From positions 248,001 through 312,000 of the forward strand of contig MU058636.1 of NCBI GenBank assembly GCA_013265495.1: a DNA stretch of 64,000 bases, given 5' to 3'. The position numbers and the translations under genes are program-made. Origin of the DNA: Vicugna vicugna. Its lineage: Eukaryota. The notes beneath the pieces were generated by a model, which worked only from the letters and a program-made list of their open reading frames with translations, had not been told where the DNA came from and made no database searches. Positions 38,641 through 51,480 of this stretch are shown here, in pieces (position 1 is the first letter of the stretch; each line of letters begins with the position of its first letter).

Positions 38641-40129
38641 AAGTTGGATGCAGACTTCCGATGTGCAGGGGCTCTAGAATTTAATTCTCACCAACCTCTC
38701 TGAGGTTGAGCCCGATTCCACAGACTTCCCCTCCCACTTTGATAAGCAAATCAAAGCACTAACAGGACAACTTTTAGCAAACATGCCTCTTTCCTAATAA
38801 AAATTAAACTACAGGCTCCTGCCAGGGCCACGCTCCTAGCTTGTAAGGTCCAGGAGTGTTTCACAAGTCTTGATTTCTAAGAGAATAGGAACATGGGTTG
38901 GAATAGGACGCGGGGAACTTCGTGCCCTTTCTGAGTTTCACGATTGCTGGTGCACCGGGAACGGCCCACATGTCTCCACCAGCCTTGCTCTCACACGCAG
39001 GGTCCCCGTCCGGCTACGCCCCAGGCTGACGCTTACAGGTTCCCGCTTCACACCAGGTGCTCGCACGTCCTTCCTTGCTCATTGCATCGCCCCTGCGAGG
39101 CCGGTGGTGGCGTCTCCCATGTAATCGTGAGGACGCTGGAGCTCAGAGAGCTGGAGAGCGCAGGGTTCCGGAGCCGGTGTGCGTGCGTGCGGCTCGGGTC
39201 TGGGCCCGGGCCTGCCTGGCGTGAAAGCCCGTGTTCTCCCTGGCCATGTGCCTGTGATGCTAAAGGCCCTGTAAGCCTCTGGCATCCGTGGGCTCAGGTT
39301 CTGCAGACTGGCACCTGTTTCCTTGGCCTGGGGTCTTTGTCCACTAGAATCTGTTTCCCAAGACGGCCTCTGACTTTGGCTGTGACTTCCTGGCAGTTTC
39401 CTGAGGCCACACCAATCTCTGTGCCACGTGCTGTGTTTCCGGGGGTCCTTCTAGATGCACTGTTCCTGCATGAATTTACTGTCGCCACTTCCTCAGGCCA
39501 TGGCCTTCAACCCTGGCTGCTTGGTTTCGAGTCCTGGTTCTAACACTCGCTGGTTGTGCGACCATCATCTGTTTCTCTTTGAGCCTTGGTTTCCCCCGTT
39601 GTAAAACAGGAAATTTACATGTGTTGACGCAACTGATGCTCACAATCACCCCATGAAGCTGTTGACCTCATTATATCGATGGGAAAAGGGGCGCAAGAGT
39701 TTACCAGAATTGCTCAGGTGACACGAGCTGGGAAGGGGTCCCGCAGGGGGATCTGGAGCCAGGTGTCCAGGCAGGCTCCCAGCTGTGCTCTCAGCCTCTC
39801 CCGCTGCTGGGCACGGCGGTGGGGACCAGTGATCAGGTGTTTCTGAGTGGATGAGTAATTGTGAGAAAATGAGACCTTGATAATGGTTTGGACTCATTCT
39901 TTTTCCTCCTGCTCTTTTTTTCCCCTTATTTATTCAGCATCATTGCAAAAAGGCAGTGTTACCATTTGTCTGTGTTGGAAGATTTCCCTTTTATTCTTAT
40001 CACAGAAAATAATTTCTCTGCCATGAGCTCCGTGGCGCAGTGTAATTGTTTCTTCAGATGCTGGACCACCTTCACTGCCCTTTGTGTTTTCTTGTCTTTC
40101 ATGCCTCTGTCCTTGTCCCGGTGTCCTAG

Positions 40130-40203
40130 GTGGCAGTGGGAGACATCGTGAAGGTCATCAACGGGCAGTATCTTCCAGCAGACATGGTCCTGTTCTCCAC
40201 CAG
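40130..40203 (+). CDS. ATP8A2: ATP8A2 exon 7 (74 nt): VAVGDIVKVINGQYLPADMVLFST(S)
   Basis: tcctag|GTG acceptor, AG|gttagg donor; P-type ATPase VGDIV and PAD motifs. Confidence 0.95.
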
Positions 40204-40573
40204 GTTAGGTGTGCTCTTGGGCATGGTTTTTGGCATTGATGGTGAGAACAATGGGATGTTCTCTGGTGCTTGATGCCAACGTTCAGGGTCATCCGGGCCC
40301 ACTGGGGTGTCCTGTGTTCCCATCACCTCCCATGCCCATCCCCTTGCTCTCACCCTCCGTGACCTCTGTCGCCTTGAGATCAGGCTGCCGTCACATGGGG
40401 CGTGTGCAGGCGGATCGCTGGGCAGAGGGCTTTGTACTGGTGCCCTGCCCCACGTGGGAGTGTCTGTCTGTCTTTCTAGTCAGTTGCCCCTCCTGTGGGG
40501 TCGTTTCTGACCAACCATCAGACAGGGTTTCTGTAGTTGTGGCTTTCTGTAGTTGTGGCTTTCTGAGCTGTGA

Positions 40574-40819
<246 letters not shown>

Positions 40820-41117
40820 TAACCCTGATGGAATCTATGGGAGGAGCAAGACTTTTTTATGCAGGTTGTTCCTTGAGAATGAAGGCAGAGCCAGGAAAAG
40901 TGTGGGTCGCCAGGGAGCCTAGGCTGTGACTGACATCTTACTGAGCTCTCTGCCTGTTAGTGAGGATGGGAAGGGGTCTCAGCGAGGTCCAGCTGCATGC
41001 TGGCAGCGGCTGTGGACAAGCTCTGGGCATCTCCCTTTACATCGTGGTTTTCATGGAGATTCTAATTCTAGAGAGCAGAATTTTATGTACAAAATTTCCA
41101 TGCCCTTATGTGGAGGG

Positions 41118-41710
41118 AACTCTAATTCAAAAGGATACTTGCACCCTAGTGTTCACAGCAGCACTAGTTACAATAGCCAAGACATGGGACGAACCTGAAT
41201 GTTGACTGACACATGACTGGATAAAGAAGTTGTGGTATATTTATGCAATGGAATACTACTCAGCCATAAAAAGAATAAAATAATGCCATTCGTAGCAACA
41301 TGGATGGACCTGGGGATTGTCAATCTAAGTGAAGTAAACCAGAAGGAGAAAGACAGATACCATATGATATCATTCATGTGGAATCTGAAAAAATAAAAAA
41401 GAAGACAAATAAACTTATCTACGAAACAGAAACAGACTCACAGACATAGTGAACACCTTGTGGTTTCCTGTGGGGAGAGGATGGGAAGGGATAAACTGGG
41501 AGTTCGAGATTTGCAAATATTAACTACTATATATAAAATAGATAAACAAGTTTCTTCTGTATAGCACAGGGAACTATATTCAATATCTTGTAGTGACCTA
41601 TAATGAAAAAGAATATGAAAAGGAATACATGTATGTTCCTATATGACTGAAACAGGATGCTGTACACCAGAAATGGACACATTGTAAATTGACAATACTT
41701 CAATTAAAAA
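41118..41710 (+). mobile_element. 5'-truncated LINE-1
   Basis: L1 3' UTR with A tail; TSD-like aaatttccatgc near 41092 and 41711. Confidence 0.88.
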
Positions 41711-42303
41711 AAATTTTCCATGCTTTACAGAAAGCTGTTCTTACCAGAGATTTTAATTCTGGAATGAAGAATAGTCTTTAATATATAAGAATTTTAAGTT
41801 CAAGTTAATAATAATTCACTTTGACACTTAAATTTTCTGCTGCACTAAGTTGAATTTGATTCCATACACATGCCTCAGATATTTGATTTAGACATTTTTT
41901 TCTCCTTAGCGAAGAGTTACTGGGTGCTGGATTCACACTGTATTACAGGGGCACTTTATTCTGTGTTTGTGGCCAGTGCTAGAATGCAGCTAGTGGAGGA
42001 TGCTTCCTGGAAGGTGTCTAAGTGTGTTCATTGTGACTTTAGCCTGGATGTGTCCATGGAGTGATGGCGCCTCGACTTCTTGCTGCTTTGAATTCTTTCA
42101 AATCTTTTGCATCAGGCGGCTGTGGACAACGCTGCCTGTGAAGTCCAGCCTGCAGAGCTGATAGTTTGAGGACCACCTGCTCCCCCTAGTCATTCCATCT
42201 CAGTGGATTAATCATTTCCTTTTGATTAACAGTAAAGATGCTGACTGTGGTCCTTAACCCTGAAAGACGGTGTTCAGTTTCCTCTCTGGGTCGACCGTTT
42301 TAG

Positions 42304-42465
<162 letters not shown>

Positions 42466-43575
42466 TAAATGTGACTGAGAAATACAGAAAAACATCAGTT
42501 TGTTTCCTGGTTTTATAATATTTTAAAACAGATTCCTTCCTGTTTAGCTTAGATATGGGAGTCTGAGCTTTTTCTGAAACATCATTTTAATCAATTTCAA
42601 TCTTCCCCTTAAATTCAAGGAAAGACCTGATTTTTGGCAAAAAAATATCCCCAGGGCCTGAAATGAGGGTCACAGAACTGCTCTTTCTGTGTGCACTCCC
42701 TCAAGGGAGGAGAGTAGTGGTTTTCGCTGCATAAAATTGTCCAGAAAAGCAGAAGAGTGGTGTCTGAGGTGTAGAAAAGCTAACATATTTATTAGAGAAA
42801 ATTCTTTTCTTTTTTCTTTTTTTTTTTGCTTTCTTCTCAGTAGTCTATGTTTTCAGAAAGTTGAATGAAAGGGACAATTTCTCTTCCTTTAGAATGTTCA
42901 CTGCCCTGTTGTCTGTCCTGTTGTCTCTGTCCTCTCGGCGTTTGTTTGATTGTTTGAGTCATTTTCCGTCATTACGTTGGGTGGGGGCTCTCGCTTCTGC
43001 GCACCTGTAATCTGCCTCCTCCTTACCAGGGATTCCCACCTTCGTATTTTGAACAGACCCAGAGGGAAGGACTTTGATGGGAATCAACCCCAAATAACTC
43101 TGACAGCTCTCAGTGTGGCTGCTTTCTTGGTTTCACGAAGAATGCAGGGCAGTTCTGCAGGCTTCCGTTTTGATTTTCTCACTAAATTATCTTTGACAAA
43201 TTTGATATTGTAGCTTTATTGCCTTTTTTCTTCCTTATAGTCTGTAAAATAAACTGAGTTTCCCAAATGAATACGCTTCTGATTATTTTAGCAACTTCCT
43301 TTTGGGGTGTCGAGTTTCATAACAGTTGTACGAGACACAATCCCCTCTTAATGTTTTGGAGGACAAAAACCCAACCTTTTTCTGTGGTGATGAGTGGCTG
43401 AGATAAACCTTTTTCTGTGGGTCTTTTTTGGGTCAGTTAAGCTAGTGGTGACCGTTATGGCCCCTGTTTCCCAGTGAAATAGTTCAAATTTGACTGAAGG
43501 AAGCATTTGATTTATTGTGGGTCTATGTTTAAGGGGGAAAGTCATGCTCATTTTCCAAACTCTCATTAAATATAA

Positions 43576-43779
<204 letters not shown>

Positions 43780-45077
43780 TAGAGGGTGGAAAACGTAGGC
43801 GTTACATTTAGAAGCTCAAGTTTTGTCTGTGAACCTGAATTTGGAAAGGAGGTGCCTTTACTTTAGTTCCTAGGTGGTTTCCCCTGGGTTTCTGTTTCAT
43901 ATCAGATATTTATTGCTCTTGCCTGAAATATCGACAGTCTTTGTCCGGATTCAGTGGGACAGTCAGTCCTCACCTACTTCATCTCCAAGCTCAAGGTGGG
44001 GTTTGTTCTAACATCCTTATTTCTCTCTTTACTGCTCCTCCTCACCCCATTAATTAGGATTTTATAGGAAATTGTCTTATTTAATTATTTATTGAATTCT
44101 AGACAATTTAAAATCAGTTATTTTTGAACTAATGTTTTATTCATATCATATATCAAAGAGAAAAATGTGAACATGATTTTGTTCCTTCTCTCTGTTAATT
44201 TTTAAAAATTATGATTTGTGAATTTATAGCCCACATTTCTTTTGTGACGTATTTTGCCAGACAACTTCGAAATCCTGACAAGTCAGTGTCATTGCATGTC
44301 ATTTCTTTCATGTCCTTGGTATTCCTCAGCATCCTAGATTGCTAATGGCTTCTATGAATGAGGGTTGGCCTTTCAGCTTGTTTGCCCCTTCGTGTAACTT
44401 CTAAAGCGCATATTTGATGATCTTCCGTAGTTTAAATGTGATGAGTGGCTGCCGTGCACCACGTCTAGTGCCGGCTGTGAGGATGCAGCAGTGGGAGCCT
44501 CAGTCTTGCCCCGGGGGGCAGGGTGGCCTCAGCAGTGAGGGGGAATCACAAGGCGGAGAGAGAGTTGTTGCAGCGTGTGTCGTGACCGGTGCGGCGGGTG
44601 CATACGCAGGGGGCAGTCGGCCCAGGTCGGGAGGTTTCCGTTGACCAGATCCTGATGTGAGGTTGGATAAGGGAGGCTGTTGTGTTGGTCCACTCTCTGA
44701 GGTCAAACGATGGAGGAGGAGAGAGATAAATCTTTGTTAGAACCGATGACGTGATGGACGCCAGGGTCCGCACCAGCTGGGGAGTGCAGTGGAGATGGGG
44801 GAGGAGGGACCAGAGGGCTGGGAAGCTTGTTGCACCTGCTGAGTGACAGGCCTCAGGGGCTTGGCTTTGAGCTCCTGGGCGGAGGGTTTGTAGAGTGGAG
44901 AGACCTGAGCGTGCAACCTGGGAGTCTGAAGTAGACCTGTTGGAGGCCATTGGCTGTTGAGGAGTGAAGGATGTGGACCGCAGCATTTGGTGAAGGTGGG
45001 ACAGTGGCAGGGCCAGGTGGAGATGGATGCAATAAGCCAGTGACTCGCGCCTTCAGGGAGTGAGGGGCGGGGAGAAG

Positions 45078-45202
45078 GGCTGGTGGACTTGCTGGAGGAG
45101 GAGGCAGTGGGGGATGGGGAGGAGGCTGGTGGACTTGCTGGAGGAGGAGGCAGTTGGGGGCGGGGAGGAGGCTGGTGGACTTGCTGGAGGAGGAGGAGGC
45201 AG
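45078..45202. repeat. G-rich minisatellite, 46-bp unit x ~2.7
   Basis: ggctggtggacttgctggaggaggagg... starts at 45078, 45124 and 45170. Confidence 0.9.
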
Positions 45203-45959
45203 AAGGTTGTGTAGCCAAATGACATGAATTTTACAAGCGGATTCTTTAACATGGCATTAGAGGAATGAAGTGTCAGAAGTACTGGGTCTCAAATATCACT
45301 AAGGAATACTGTCCTCAGACCCTAAGGCGCGGGAGTCTGTGCAGGCGTCCTCTGTTGGGGGAACTTCAGGGAAAGGGTGTCCTCCACTGGGTGAGGCCAG
45401 AGAAGGAAGGAGGGCAAGGACTCAGGGAAGCTCTGGTCCCAGGAATGGTCACAGAGGGGCACCCACGGCCGCTGAGGAAGATGAGTAGTTGGTGAGCGTG
45501 GAGAGGCAGCCCCGGGCGGCTGTGCCCCATCTATGTCTCCCGCTAGCCCTCGCCCATTCACCAGCGCTGCACGCCGTGGGAGCGCTCCCCGGTTCTGAAC
45601 ATCTGGAGTGAAGTCTTATCTCGATGAAGAGTGCAGTGCTCTGCCACCTTGTGGGTTTCCTCTCCCTGCCCCATCCAGTGCCAGCAGTCGCCGCCGGCGC
45701 TCGAGCCCCACCGACCCCAGATCCCTGCTGTTGTTATGATGAAGCAGCAGAGATCCCGAGGAGCTGGCTCAGATCTGGGCAGGGCCCCGAGACCAGTTTT
45801 CAGGTTGGGCGTCTTACAAATTTGACATCTCTCCAAGATTCCTGGCAGCCTGGGTGTCTTCCCAGGGTGCGGTGCTATTTCTCTGGGTCGTACCTTGGTA
45901 ATTCATCTTTGTAGCTAAGGTGTAAGAGATAATTAAGTTACACTTAAAAATTCCATCCT

Positions 45960-46365
45960 GGCTTGGAGGTCATAGTACTAAGTGAAGTAAGGCAGAAAGA
46001 GAAAGAAAAATACCATATGATATCACTTATATGTGGAATCTAAAAAGAAAAAATGACACAAATGAACTTACTTATAAAACAGAAACAGACACACAGACAT
46101 AGAAAACAAACTTATGGTTGCCGGGGGTAAAGAGGACGGGGAGGGGTAGACTGGGGGTTCAAGATTTGCAGATATAAACTACTGTATATAAAGCAGATAA
46201 ACAACAAAGTCCTACTGTGCAGCACAGGGAACTATATTCAGTATCTCATAATAACCTATAATGAAAAAGAATGTGGAAAGGAACATGCATATACTTATAA
46301 CTGAACCGCTGTGCGGGACACCAGAAATTAACACAAGCCTGGAAACCGAGAGACCTCACTGAAAA
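45960..46365 (+). mobile_element. 5'-truncated LINE-1
   Basis: L1 3' end homologous to the 41.1 kb copy; degenerate TSD at 45946-45959 and 46366-46379. Confidence 0.85.
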
Positions 46366-46399
46366 GACAATCCCAGCCTCCCTGAGGGAGTGAGGTGCG

Positions 46400-47030
46400 C
46401 ACCGATCACCTCGCGCAGTTTGCATCCCGTGGGTGTCCTGGCACCCTCCCTGCCCCTCCGACATGTGAAACACCGCTTTGCAAGGCTGATCGCATGTTGC
46501 CTGAGCTCGGAACAGCGGGGAGCCCCGCGCACCTGTGCCGGGCCGCCGGGCCTTCAGGGCTAAAACCGCAGTGAAAACACCGCGCTTTGAAGAGGAACGT
46601 GATGCAGCGCCCGTAGCCGGAAGCCGTCCTGGTTGTGAAATAACACCTCCGCCCGTGCTTGCGCTCCCTGACCGCGGAGACGAGGCAGGCGCACTTGCTT
46701 TAGGTTCGTCTTTGTTTTTCGCTTTTGTTTTTGAACTCTCACCTCAGTGCCCGCGGCCCGCCACAGCTCCCTCGTTTCACGCTGAGCGGAGCGCCAGTGG
46801 AAGTACTTCAGCTCCTGCTGTCACTGTGGGTCGACCGGAGGGAAGGAGGCGCATCGCGGCCGGCGCCCCGCACGCTGCTGCGGGAGACGCGCGTGTGTTA
46901 GCTCGTTCCTTCTCACGGCGGCGGCCCGCGGGGCGGCGCTGCTACTGTTCCACTTCCTCGCTGAGGACATTGGGGCGCAGACCCAGGAGAGAGGGGGCTG
47001 GGATTCAAGCCCCGGCGGTCTGGCCCCCAG
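46400..47030. other. Intronic CpG-rich patch (intron 10)
   Basis: Abrupt rise in CpG and GC content; see finding on GC-biased conversion. Confidence 0.6.
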
Positions 47031-48234
47031 CCCACTTTCTAACTAGCCCTCTCCCAACTGCTTTTCTCGGACGGGAATAAAATGTGTAAGACGCAGGTCA
47101 GCTTTAAGTTTTTTCAAAAATCAGGCATTTGAGCCTGTTTCTGTTTAGAACTCTGTTTCTCAGAAGTCGTGGTGTTGTCTCAGGGTTTCGTAGAAACTCG
47201 GGGCAGGCAGGGATTTGACGTTACAAGCTCGTTGCTGCACGTCGAGGTGTCCGGGGCCGGGCAGGCAGGGCCCGGCTTTCCAAGGTGCACGGACTGCAGC
47301 CTGGAGTTTGGGTTGTTGCTGTCGTGTTGGATGAAATACAACCTTTTCTAACCCTGTGAACTGGTTCACCCCCTGGAAAATGTCAGAAGTCCATAAACTC
47401 GTGGAGTCATAGAAATAACATTTATTGTAAATATTTTTTCTATCTGTGGCTCCAGTAAATGTTTATTAAAAGCGATAAGATCATCTTTAGTTTTTAAAAG
47501 GTTAGGGTAGGCAGACTTGAAACCAGTCTTCTGGCTCTTGCCATGAGGTCAGAGGTGAGGTGTCCTCATCGGCCCTGATTGATGACAAGCTGGCCTTTGC
47601 TGATGGATTTCCTTTGAGATTCTGGCGGAATATTTTTTAGAAGTCTATAAAGGGCAAATAATTTAGAGAACTAAAGTGAAAGGGAAAAAAAGAATAAAGA
47701 CAAAGGAGATGCTGCCATGCCGTCTGGATACGTACAGGACCGCAAAATTGCCGGTGTCACGACTCCCCGACTCCCCACCCTGCGGGAGGCCAAGGCCGTG
47801 GTGGCAGCAGCCCTGGGTTTGGTGACAGAATTCAGATGGCGGTTTCATTGGCCTTGTGGTGTGAGCGTCTCCATGGAACGTAGATGACCGTCTCTCCTGT
47901 TTGTCTCGGTTTTACTTCCACGTGGTGACTCTGTGTTACTTCCAGGGTCGTCTTCGCCCTGGCTCTGTTAGCATCAGGCAGACGGGGAACGGTGAGGGAG
48001 AGGGCTGGCTTAAGCTTGGCACAGGGCACCATTTTTCATGACCAGTCAGTGTCCTACAAATGTTCAAGTCACCTGATCTTGACGGTCAGCGTAGCCTGTA
48101 AAGGCACAGGGCTCCTGACTCAGACAGAGGCCTGTGGGCTGAAGCTCTACCGGGTCCCCTGTCCACTTTGTGGCTTCTGGTCCGGCCCAGGCCCTGCCCA
48201 CCTCCAGGAAGAGATGTTACCATCTGCTGTCCCC

Positions 48235-48765
48235 TCCCAGCCATAACAGATGACGCCAACTCAAAACTATGTGAAGCTCCTGTGTCACAGATCTGGAGGT
48301 CAGAAGTCTGACGTGGGTCTTCCCCACATCATGTGTCAGCCGGCAGCATTCCTTTCTAGAGCACTCTAGGAGGTTCCAGAGGAGAATCCGCTCCTTGCCT
48401 TTTCCCGCCTTCTAGAGGCCACCTGACCACCCTGGTTTGGGAGCCTCGTCCTCCATCCTCAGAGCCTCAGTGCTGCGTCTTTGTCCTCTGTCCTCGGAGC
48501 CTCGGTGCTGTGTCTGTGGCCACCCTCCAGTAGTCACGTCTCCCTCTGACCATTGCTGGGGAGGAGTCTCTCCTTCTCTGCTGTTAAGGACCTGTGTGGT
48601 TAAACTGAACCTATTAGAGTAATTCAACTTAATCTCCCCAAGTGGACATCCTTAATTTAATCACCCCAGAAAAGTCCCTTTGCCATGTGAAGTAACACAG
48701 ACACTTGGGTCCAGGCGTTAGGACATGGGCATCGCTGGGGAGGGGCATCATCCTGCTCACAACTA
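48235..48765 (-). mobile_element. MLT1 (MaLR) LTR
   Basis: tctggaggtcagaagtctga...ttaatttaatcac...tttgccatgtgaagtaaca...ggacatgggcatc. Confidence 0.72.
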
Positions 48766-49651
48766 CCTGCAGGCACTTTTTGATAAAGTGACTTCCCGTG
48801 AAGAACCATCCAGTGCAGGCAGCTCTGTTGACTTTTTCCGCTGCTGGGGGGATACAGCTCCACGCTTTCCCCCTGAGGTGCAGTGGTCCTTGAAGCTGGC
48901 TTGAGTGAGTCTTTCTGAACCAGCTCTCACCACTGACTTATCCTCTAGCTGGGCTGGCTTCCCTGCCGGCAGTGAGAAGGCAACCTGTGAGCATTTACGG
49001 GCGGTTAGGCTATCTTTCTGCTTTTGTTTTATCCTCCTGTCTACATTCTGTTTGTTTACGGTTTAGGACTCCGTTCAGATTTCTCCTGGCCACTAGGCTT
49101 TCCTTGCTTGTTTCCTATGCACGGTTTTCCCAGTGAACTCTCTGTCCATCCATTTCTTTTGACACCTACCATTCTCTTTCACACTGATGTGTATGTGTTT
49201 GTGTGTGTCGTTTTTTCTCAATTAGATTTTGAGCTACTGGACTTAAAAATATCTCTCTGTGTATTAATTGTAGAGCTATGTTATTACTTTGAAGATGGTA
49301 GATTTCTGTGATCTTTAAGTTTCTCTAGAACTATCAACATCCTGATTTCTTTTAAACTGGACTTAAATGATTTAGAAACCGTAAGGTAGTGAAAGTAGCT
49401 AGTTTTATGTGAAAATGTAATCGTAAGAGATGCAAACTGAGTCGTGTAGGCTTGAAATATGCACTTTTAACATGATAGAGTGTGTCTTCTGTCTTTACTT
49501 AAAACTAGCTGTTGATTCAGGGACATAGTATGCTTTTAAATTTCATTAGTTATTTGGCAAAAAGGAATACAGTATTTTACTTTTGGTTTGTTGAATTTGG
49601 TTAGCTTACCTCCTTTTCTCCCTACTCTTGGCCCCCAAGTTTGTTCTGTGA

Positions 49652-49993
<342 letters not shown>

Positions 49994-50559
49994 TGAAGGG
50001 AAGGTGGACACATTTGGGGATTGTTTTATACTCGAGTGATTATTTTTTAACTGTTAGGTTGTGAGTTTTGTTTTTTAGGCTTGTAGGGATTATCATGTAC
50101 AGCTTAGTTGATCAGCATCAGATTACTTCAGATTAATGCTGATTTAATTCCAATAAAATGCAGAAACTGGGCTCCAGTGTAGATCCATGTCCTCCCCTGC
50201 TCTGTGTGATTGCTATGTTTATAACACCCATCTTTGTTATCAACCCAGTAATTCAGTGTCATGCTTACTCTCTTGCGTAATGTTATGTCTCGGAAGTGAA
50301 AAGGGAAAAATAACCTACGGATTTCACATTAACCTATTTATTTACTATTTACTCCTCTTTCTGGTCGGCTTCATTTCTTCTGTTCATTTGTGTTACCAGC
50401 TGGTGTCATAGCTTTGCTTCAAGTAGCTCCGTTCTCTCCTCCCTCCTTTGTGCTGTCGTGTGCATTACATCTGATTTTTTGCCACTTTTTAAAATCCAAA
50501 AGAAAAGATAAAAAATAATTATATTATCTTTTATAGTACCTATATAATTACCTTTATTG

Positions 50560-51480
50560 CCCTTTGTTTCTTTATGTGGATGTAATTACTGCCTGGTATC
50601 ACTTCCTCTCATCCTGGAGAATTTTCTGTATTACTTCTTATAAGGCACACTGGACAGCAACAGATTATCCCAGTTTCTGTCTTTGAGATGTCTTTATTTC
50701 TTCCTTGTTTTTAAAGGATGGTTTTGCTGACGCAGCATTCTTGTGGGAATTCTTGGTTGACGTTCTTTCTTTGTGGTACCTTGAATGTGCCATCCCATTG
50801 CCTGCTGGCCTCTGTTGTACTGATGAGGTCGGCTGTTAATCTTACTGAGTTTTCTCCTGTGTGTGACTCATCTTTCTGTTGCTGCTTTCACAGTCATTTT
50901 TGGTTCTTAATAGTTCTGAGTTTATTCTGTTTTAGGTTTGTTGAGCTTTTTGGATATGTACAGTAATATTTTTCATTCAGTTTGGAAAGTTTTCAGCTAT
51001 TTATTCAAAATTGTTTCTGCCACATTCCATTTCCCTCTCCTTCTGGTACTTCCATTATATGTATGTTGGTCCACTTGATGTGTTCTGTGGGGCTCTGAGA
51101 TTCTGTCAGTTTTTCTTTATTCTTTTTTCTTTCTGTTCTTCAGATTGGATAATTCCTATTAATATATATTTGAGTTTGTCTGTTCTCTCTTCTGCCAGCT
51201 CAGATCTATTGTTGAGCCCCCTTAGTGATTTTTAGTTATTTTATTTTTTAATTCCAGAATTTCCATTTGGTTCTTTTTAAACTTCTATCTCTTTATCGAT
51301 ATTTTGTAATTAATGGTCATTGTTATCTTACTTTCTTTTAATTCTTTGAATAGTTTTCTTTAGTTCTTAGAATGTGTTTATAATAACTGCTTTGCTAGCT
51401 TCGTTTGGCCCATCCTTTGGGCTTGTCAAAGGCAATTCCTATTAGTCTTTTCCTGTGTCTTTGTATCATAAATTTTGGGG
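50560..51480 (-). mobile_element. Old, diverged LINE-1 fragments
   Basis: T-rich L1-like tract (tttggaaagttttcagctattt...ttccagaatttccatttggttcttt). Confidence 0.6.

Noticed and set aside
45078..45202. CRISPR-like repeat-spacer appearance
   Set aside because: Mammalian context, and the 'spacers' are near-identical: a simple tandem minisatellite
46535..47080. 181-aa ORF over the intron 10 CpG patch
   Set aside because: GTG start, no domain; stop depletion is explained by GC content
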